A DNA stretch of 20,000 bases from an uncultured virus (IMG/VR IMGVR_UViG_3300029928_000131) (Duplodnaviria > Heunggongvirae > Uroviricota > Caudoviricetes). Made by a program: the position numbers and the translations under genes. Of this stretch, positions 16,931-20,000 are shown in pieces. Under the pieces are notes generated by a model, which had not been told where the DNA came from, searched no databases, and was given only the letters and a program-made list of their open reading frames with translations. Every line of letters starts with the position of its first letter. Within the stretch, counting starts at the first letter, position 1. The stretch lies in IMG/VR virus record IMGVR_UViG_3300029928_000131; one strand, given 5' to 3'.

Positions 16931-17275
16931 CTACTCCTTTTTCACCTGAAAACTGGCATAATATTTGAGGGTGTATAAGAAATCCATACTGGTCAAATGC
17001 GTCGTGTTGCCAAATACCCTGCGAATGTTTTCCATCGAGCCGCAAGCCAGCATATCCGAGACCATATAGCGAATACTTCTCTCTACGATAGAAGGCTTGG
17101 TATCAAAGTTTTGAGCAATTTGAGTATAAAGAGCCGTGGATGTCCACTTTTTCGTTGGAGATTCAGCCAGAAGCCTTTCTGCATAGATGGAATACTCAAA
17201 ACCAGACAGGCTCGGTCTGCATCCGCAGTCTTTAAGGACCTCGAAAATTATTTTTGCGGATTCTGAGTTGTTCAT
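16931..17275 (-). CDS. Spo0A C-terminal DNA-binding domain protein lacking a receiver domain
   Basis: GCRPSLSGFEY...LYTQIAQNFDTKPSIVERSIRY...GSMENIRRVFG...TSMDFL aligns with Spo0A GVPAHIKGYLY...[22 protein letters not shown]...FG..PTNSEFI. ATG 17275 with RBS AAAGAGG. Confidence 0.8.
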   Translation of the reverse strand: MNNSESAKIIFEVLKDCGCRPSLSGFEYSIYAERLLAESPTKKWTSTALYTQIAQNFDTKPSIVERSIRYMVSDMLACGSMENIRRVFGNTTHLTSMDFLYTLKYYASFQVKKE

Positions 17276-17288
17276 GATGCGCCCTCTT

Positions 17289-17840
17289 TCATTTTGCGCC
17301 TGATGAGCCACCTGTCCCTAACTTGTCCAGCGCACGATCGATGATCCGCCAGGTGTCCAAGCTGATGACGGCTCCATCTGTCACAAGCGAGCGGATGATC
17401 TCGTAGGATATCTGCGGCTTTGTCATGTCAGCGACCCGCCTTGCCCAGCCCGCGTCGGTCTTATCGCGATAGGCGCACAGCTTCGTGAAAATGCGTTTTT
17501 TCTCAGCTGCACCGGCTCCGCGGACCTGCAGCGTAGGAGAAGCAGGCGAGGGCAACTGCATAGTTGCGGGTTTCTCTGGGGTAGTCTTGGCAGGTTTGCC
17601 GGTGCCCAAATCGGACACCGGCTTTTCTTGCTCATGTGAAAGACTTTCTTCGGGAGCGGTGGCTTGCTCAACATTTACGCTGCCGAGCGGCGGAAATTTC
17701 TCAACGGTATAGCTTACATCAGCACCGAGGATCAGAATCCCATCGTGCAGGCCGCGCCTGATGTGTTCAAGGCAGATGTCGATATCATCGATAGCTCGCG
17801 GAACGCGTACGACAAGTACGTTGGTCGTTTCTTCAGTCAT
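17289..17840 (-). CDS. Two-domain hypothetical protein with Pro/Thr/Glu linker
   Basis: RBS AGGAG; overlaps the hfq stop; C-terminal helical domain possibly HTH-like. Confidence 0.65.
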   Translation of the reverse strand: MTEETTNVLVVRVPRAIDDIDICLEHIRRGLHDGILILGADVSYTVEKFPPLGSVNVEQATAPEESLSHEQEKPVSDLGTGKPAKTTPEKPATMQLPSPASPTLQVRGAGAAEKKRIFTKLCAYRDKTDAGWARRVADMTKPQISYEIIRSLVTDGAVISLDTWRIIDRALDKLGTGGSSGAK

Positions 17841-18075
17841 TGCAGAACTCCTCCTGTTGTTTCAGTAAGACGGCATCGGACGGAATGACAGTTGAAATTG
17901 CGTGTTTGTAGATCATGTGCTGCTTGCCTTCGGCGGAAAGGATGACGACGAAATTGTCAAAGCCGGTAACGGTTCCTTTCATCTGATAGCCATTAACGAG
18001 AAAGACGGTTACAGACTTTCCGGAGCGCAACATTGCGTTGAGCATCCAGTTCTGAAGATTCATAGGTTTTTCCAT
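17833..18075 (-). CDS. hfq: RNA chaperone Hfq (phage-encoded)
   Basis: NLQ..LN, Sm1 VTVFLVNGYQMKG..GFDNFVVIL and Sm2 QHMIYKHAISTV; ATG 18075 with RBS AGGAGG. Confidence 0.93.
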   Translation of the reverse strand: MEKPMNLQNWMLNAMLRSGKSVTVFLVNGYQMKGTVTGFDNFVVILSAEGKQHMIYKHAISTVIPSDAVLLKQQEEFCND

Positions 18076-18094
18076 AGTTCGATCCTCCTGAAGA

Positions 18095-18364
18095 TCACAG
18101 CTGTGCGTACTCAAGACAATGCTGGATCGTCTTCATAGCTCTATTCACTGTGCGCCACACTGTGGTTCTATTGACTCTATACTTTTGACCGATCTGAGTG
18201 TAGTTCAGCCCATCGCGGTAATAAGCAAAGAAATATTTTCTTTGAGTGGCAGTCAGTTCCTTTTGCACGGCGAACTGGTATGCTTTTGTTGCTCGGCCGA
18301 TTTTTTGGGGATCGTCCTCCGAAATATTCCCGAGTAATATTTTGAAAATATCCTGTTCAGCCAT
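18095..18364 (-). CDS. Sigma-70 region 4-like HTH protein
   Basis: LTATQRKYFFAYYRDGLNYTQIGQKYRVNRTTVWRTVNRAMKTI; ATG 18364 in a TAATG overlap. Confidence 0.78.
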   Translation of the reverse strand: MAEQDIFKILLGNISEDDPQKIGRATKAYQFAVQKELTATQRKYFFAYYRDGLNYTQIGQKYRVNRTTVWRTVNRAMKTIQHCLEYAQL

Positions 18365-18564
18365 TACGCGCCTCTTTTCTGCGCATTTGGCAATGGCATC
18401 CAATGCGTAACGCATTTGCCGAAAAGATCATGCCAGGCAATACCATCGAATCTGCGCCATGTGTTGGCGCTTGTTCTATAGGCTTCTCCTACAAATACGC
18501 CATCCGTGGCTAATACTCGCTCACCGGCTCGCGGCAGACGATCTTCAATTGCAATCCAACTCAT
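18364..18564 (-). CDS. DUF551-domain protein
   Basis: WIAIEDRLP...VTHWMPLP. Confidence 0.8.
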   Translation of the reverse strand: MSWIAIEDRLPRAGERVLATDGVFVGEAYRTSANTWRRFDGIAWHDLFGKCVTHWMPLPNAQKRGA

Positions 18565-18908
18565 TTGCCCCTCCTTGGCCCATAGCCGAGCTGTTTGATA
18601 TACGGGTAGCGCTCAGGGAAGGGAGCAAATTTGTCTTTGTGTGCTGACAGGATCTCAGCAAGCACGGCGTCCATGCGGACCTGAAAAACGTCAGACTCAT
18701 CTTGAAATTCCATAGCGGGCCAGTAGGCCTTGAAAGTCTCCACCCATTTATCAACTACACGCAAACAGCGGTCATAGCCGAAGCCAAAGTCTTCGTGCAG
18801 GCAGATCATCAGGGTGTCGATAAAATACTGATGAAGTGTTGACTGCATCGCAGAGAGCTCACGAGCATGAGCCCTCTGCATTTCTGCGAGCATACCGGAT
18901 GGCTTCAT
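18561..18908 (-). CDS. Hypothetical phage protein
   Basis: Likely start ATG 18908 (ATGA overlap with the upstream stop); LHEDFGFGYDR motif. Confidence 0.7.
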   Translation of the reverse strand: MKPSGMLAEMQRAHARELSAMQSTLHQYFIDTLMICLHEDFGFGYDRCLRVVDKWVETFKAYWPAMEFQDESDVFQVRMDAVLAEILSAHKDKFAPFPERYPYIKQLGYGPRRGK

Positions 18909-20000
18909 TTTTTCGCTCCTCTCTGCCTCTCGCTGATCAGCAGCCAGCTGTCGCACTTGCACTCGACGATGTCCTGCACCGAGACACCCGCGTCGGTCGA
19001 AATAAATGGATACTGGTCGCTCACGCTCCCGCAGCATCGCGCCGTCAAGTAGGCGCTGCCGCCCAGCCCTGTCGGATAGCTCAGCACGACAAGCGCGCCC
19101 TCCTCCGGCCAGTGCTCCGCATCCAGCGGCGACCATTCCGGCGAGCTCACCGCTTTGGCTGGCGAGATCTCATCTGTCAGACCGAGCAGATAATCCGTCG
19201 TGCAGTGCAGTGCCTGCGCGCACTTGCCGATCGTTGAGCAGTGCTTCAGCTCAAAATCGTAAAAATATGGCCGCTCATCCGGCTTGAATTCTCCACGCGC
19301 GTAGCGGCGCAGCAAGCCGATTGTATGTCCGCCATCGCTTGTGCACCCGTCGTAGGCTTTGGCCTTATCGTCAAGGCCAGCGGCATCGGCAGCGCGAACC
19401 ATGCGTGCACAAGTGGCCTGTAGCTGCGCGTATGCCTTTTCCCGGGCCTTTTCAGCGTCGATTTTCTGCTTTTCTTTCTCCTTGGCGCTTTTCTCGCTAC
19501 GGCGCTTCTGTGCCGCGGCGCACATTCTGTCGCACGGGCTCCAATTTTTCGCTGCTTTGTCGCATTCAAGGCAGCATTTTTCGCCCTTGCACGGATTTTC
19601 CCACGCCCCCAAGCTCGCATCGTGCCGCAGGGCAGCGTCTCCATGCGTACAGGACTTACCGTCCGGACATGTCATCGTCGGTTCATAGGTCGTCCCATCG
19701 GCGAAGATCTCGCACAGCCTCTTCAGCTTTTCAGCCTGCGGCAAGTTTTTTCCGCCCTTGTAGATCTTCGCAAGGCGCTTCTGGACGCTCGTCTCGAAAT
19801 GAGCCAGCTCATACGCAACAGACTCGTTGATTTTCTCCTTTTCCCACAGGTAGGCAAATTCCGAATCGAGATGAGAATCGATAAACTGGAGGCGGGCGGC
19901 CTTGGTTTTGCTGATGCCGACAGCCTCGGCTGCAAAGTCGCGGATCTTGCCCTTAAACTCATAACCCTCCTTGCTCAGCTCATAAATCAGCTCTTTCATC
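18905..20000 (-). CDS. C-terminal part of a ParB/Spo0J-like protein with Cys-rich insert and XRE-type HTH (5' end probably outside window)
   Basis: RDFAAEAVGISKTKAARL...KINESVAYELA (ParB HTH-like); CxxC clusters; KCAQALHCTTDYLLGLTD (XRE tail). Confidence 0.65.
   Translation of the reverse strand, partial: MKELIYELSKEGYEFKGKIRDFAAEAVGISKTKAARLQFIDSHLDSEFAYLWEKEKINESVAYELAHFETSVQKRLAKIYKGGKNLPQAEKLKRLCEIFADGTTYEPTMTCPDGKSCTHGDAALRHDASLGAWENPCKGEKCCLECDKAAKNWSPCDRMCAAAQKRRSEKSAKEKEKQKIDAEKAREKAYAQLQATCARMVRAADAAGLDDKAKAYDGCTSDGGHTIGLLRRYARGEFKPDERPYFYDFELKHCSTIGKCAQALHCTTDYLLGLTDEISPAKAVSSPEWSPLDAEHWPEEGALVVLSYPTGLGGSAYLTARCCGSVSDQYPFISTDAGVSVQDIVECKCDSWLLISERQRGAKK

Noticed and set aside
18909..19136. 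N-terminal extension of ORF 18561..19136
   Set aside because: Overlaps the ParB-like gene; the ATGA-coupled start at 18908 is more plausible.
1..20000. CRISPR array, tRNA/rRNA, IS, DGR/reverse transcriptase, intron or intein
   Set aside because: No regularly spaced repeats, RNA-gene signatures, transposase or RT motifs seen by eye; the window is almost fully tiled by coupled ORFs.

Overview
Almost entirely minus-strand, tightly coupled operon of a temperate contractile-tailed phage/prophage, probably from a Firmicutes (Clostridia-like) host. Read right to left it has three parts. (1) Late-early/accessory genes: a ParB-like/HTH fragment, DUF551 proteins, a sigma-70 region-4 HTH protein, Hfq, a receiver-less Spo0A C-terminal domain, a MazG-like protein and zinc ribbons. 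(2) An HUH rolling-circle Rep followed by a pC194-like nick-site sequence, then a Cys-rich zinc-ribbon gene overlapping a sigmaA-type promoter and a strong terminator. (3) An HK97-type head module (HNH, P27 TerS, TerL, portal, protease, MCP, connectors) and a PBSX/Xkd-type tail module (sheath, tube, assembly chaperone with -1 frameshift, tape measure, LysM XkdP, XkdQ). The most notable observations are the Hfq + Spo0A-C + sigma4 host-regulator cassette, the Rep/dso pair, the promoter-in-gene/terminator switch in front of the late genes, and an antisense 23-aa membrane-peptide moron with its own promoter, RBS and terminator between the chaperone and tape-measure genes. All family calls are from motif recognition by eye, not database searches.
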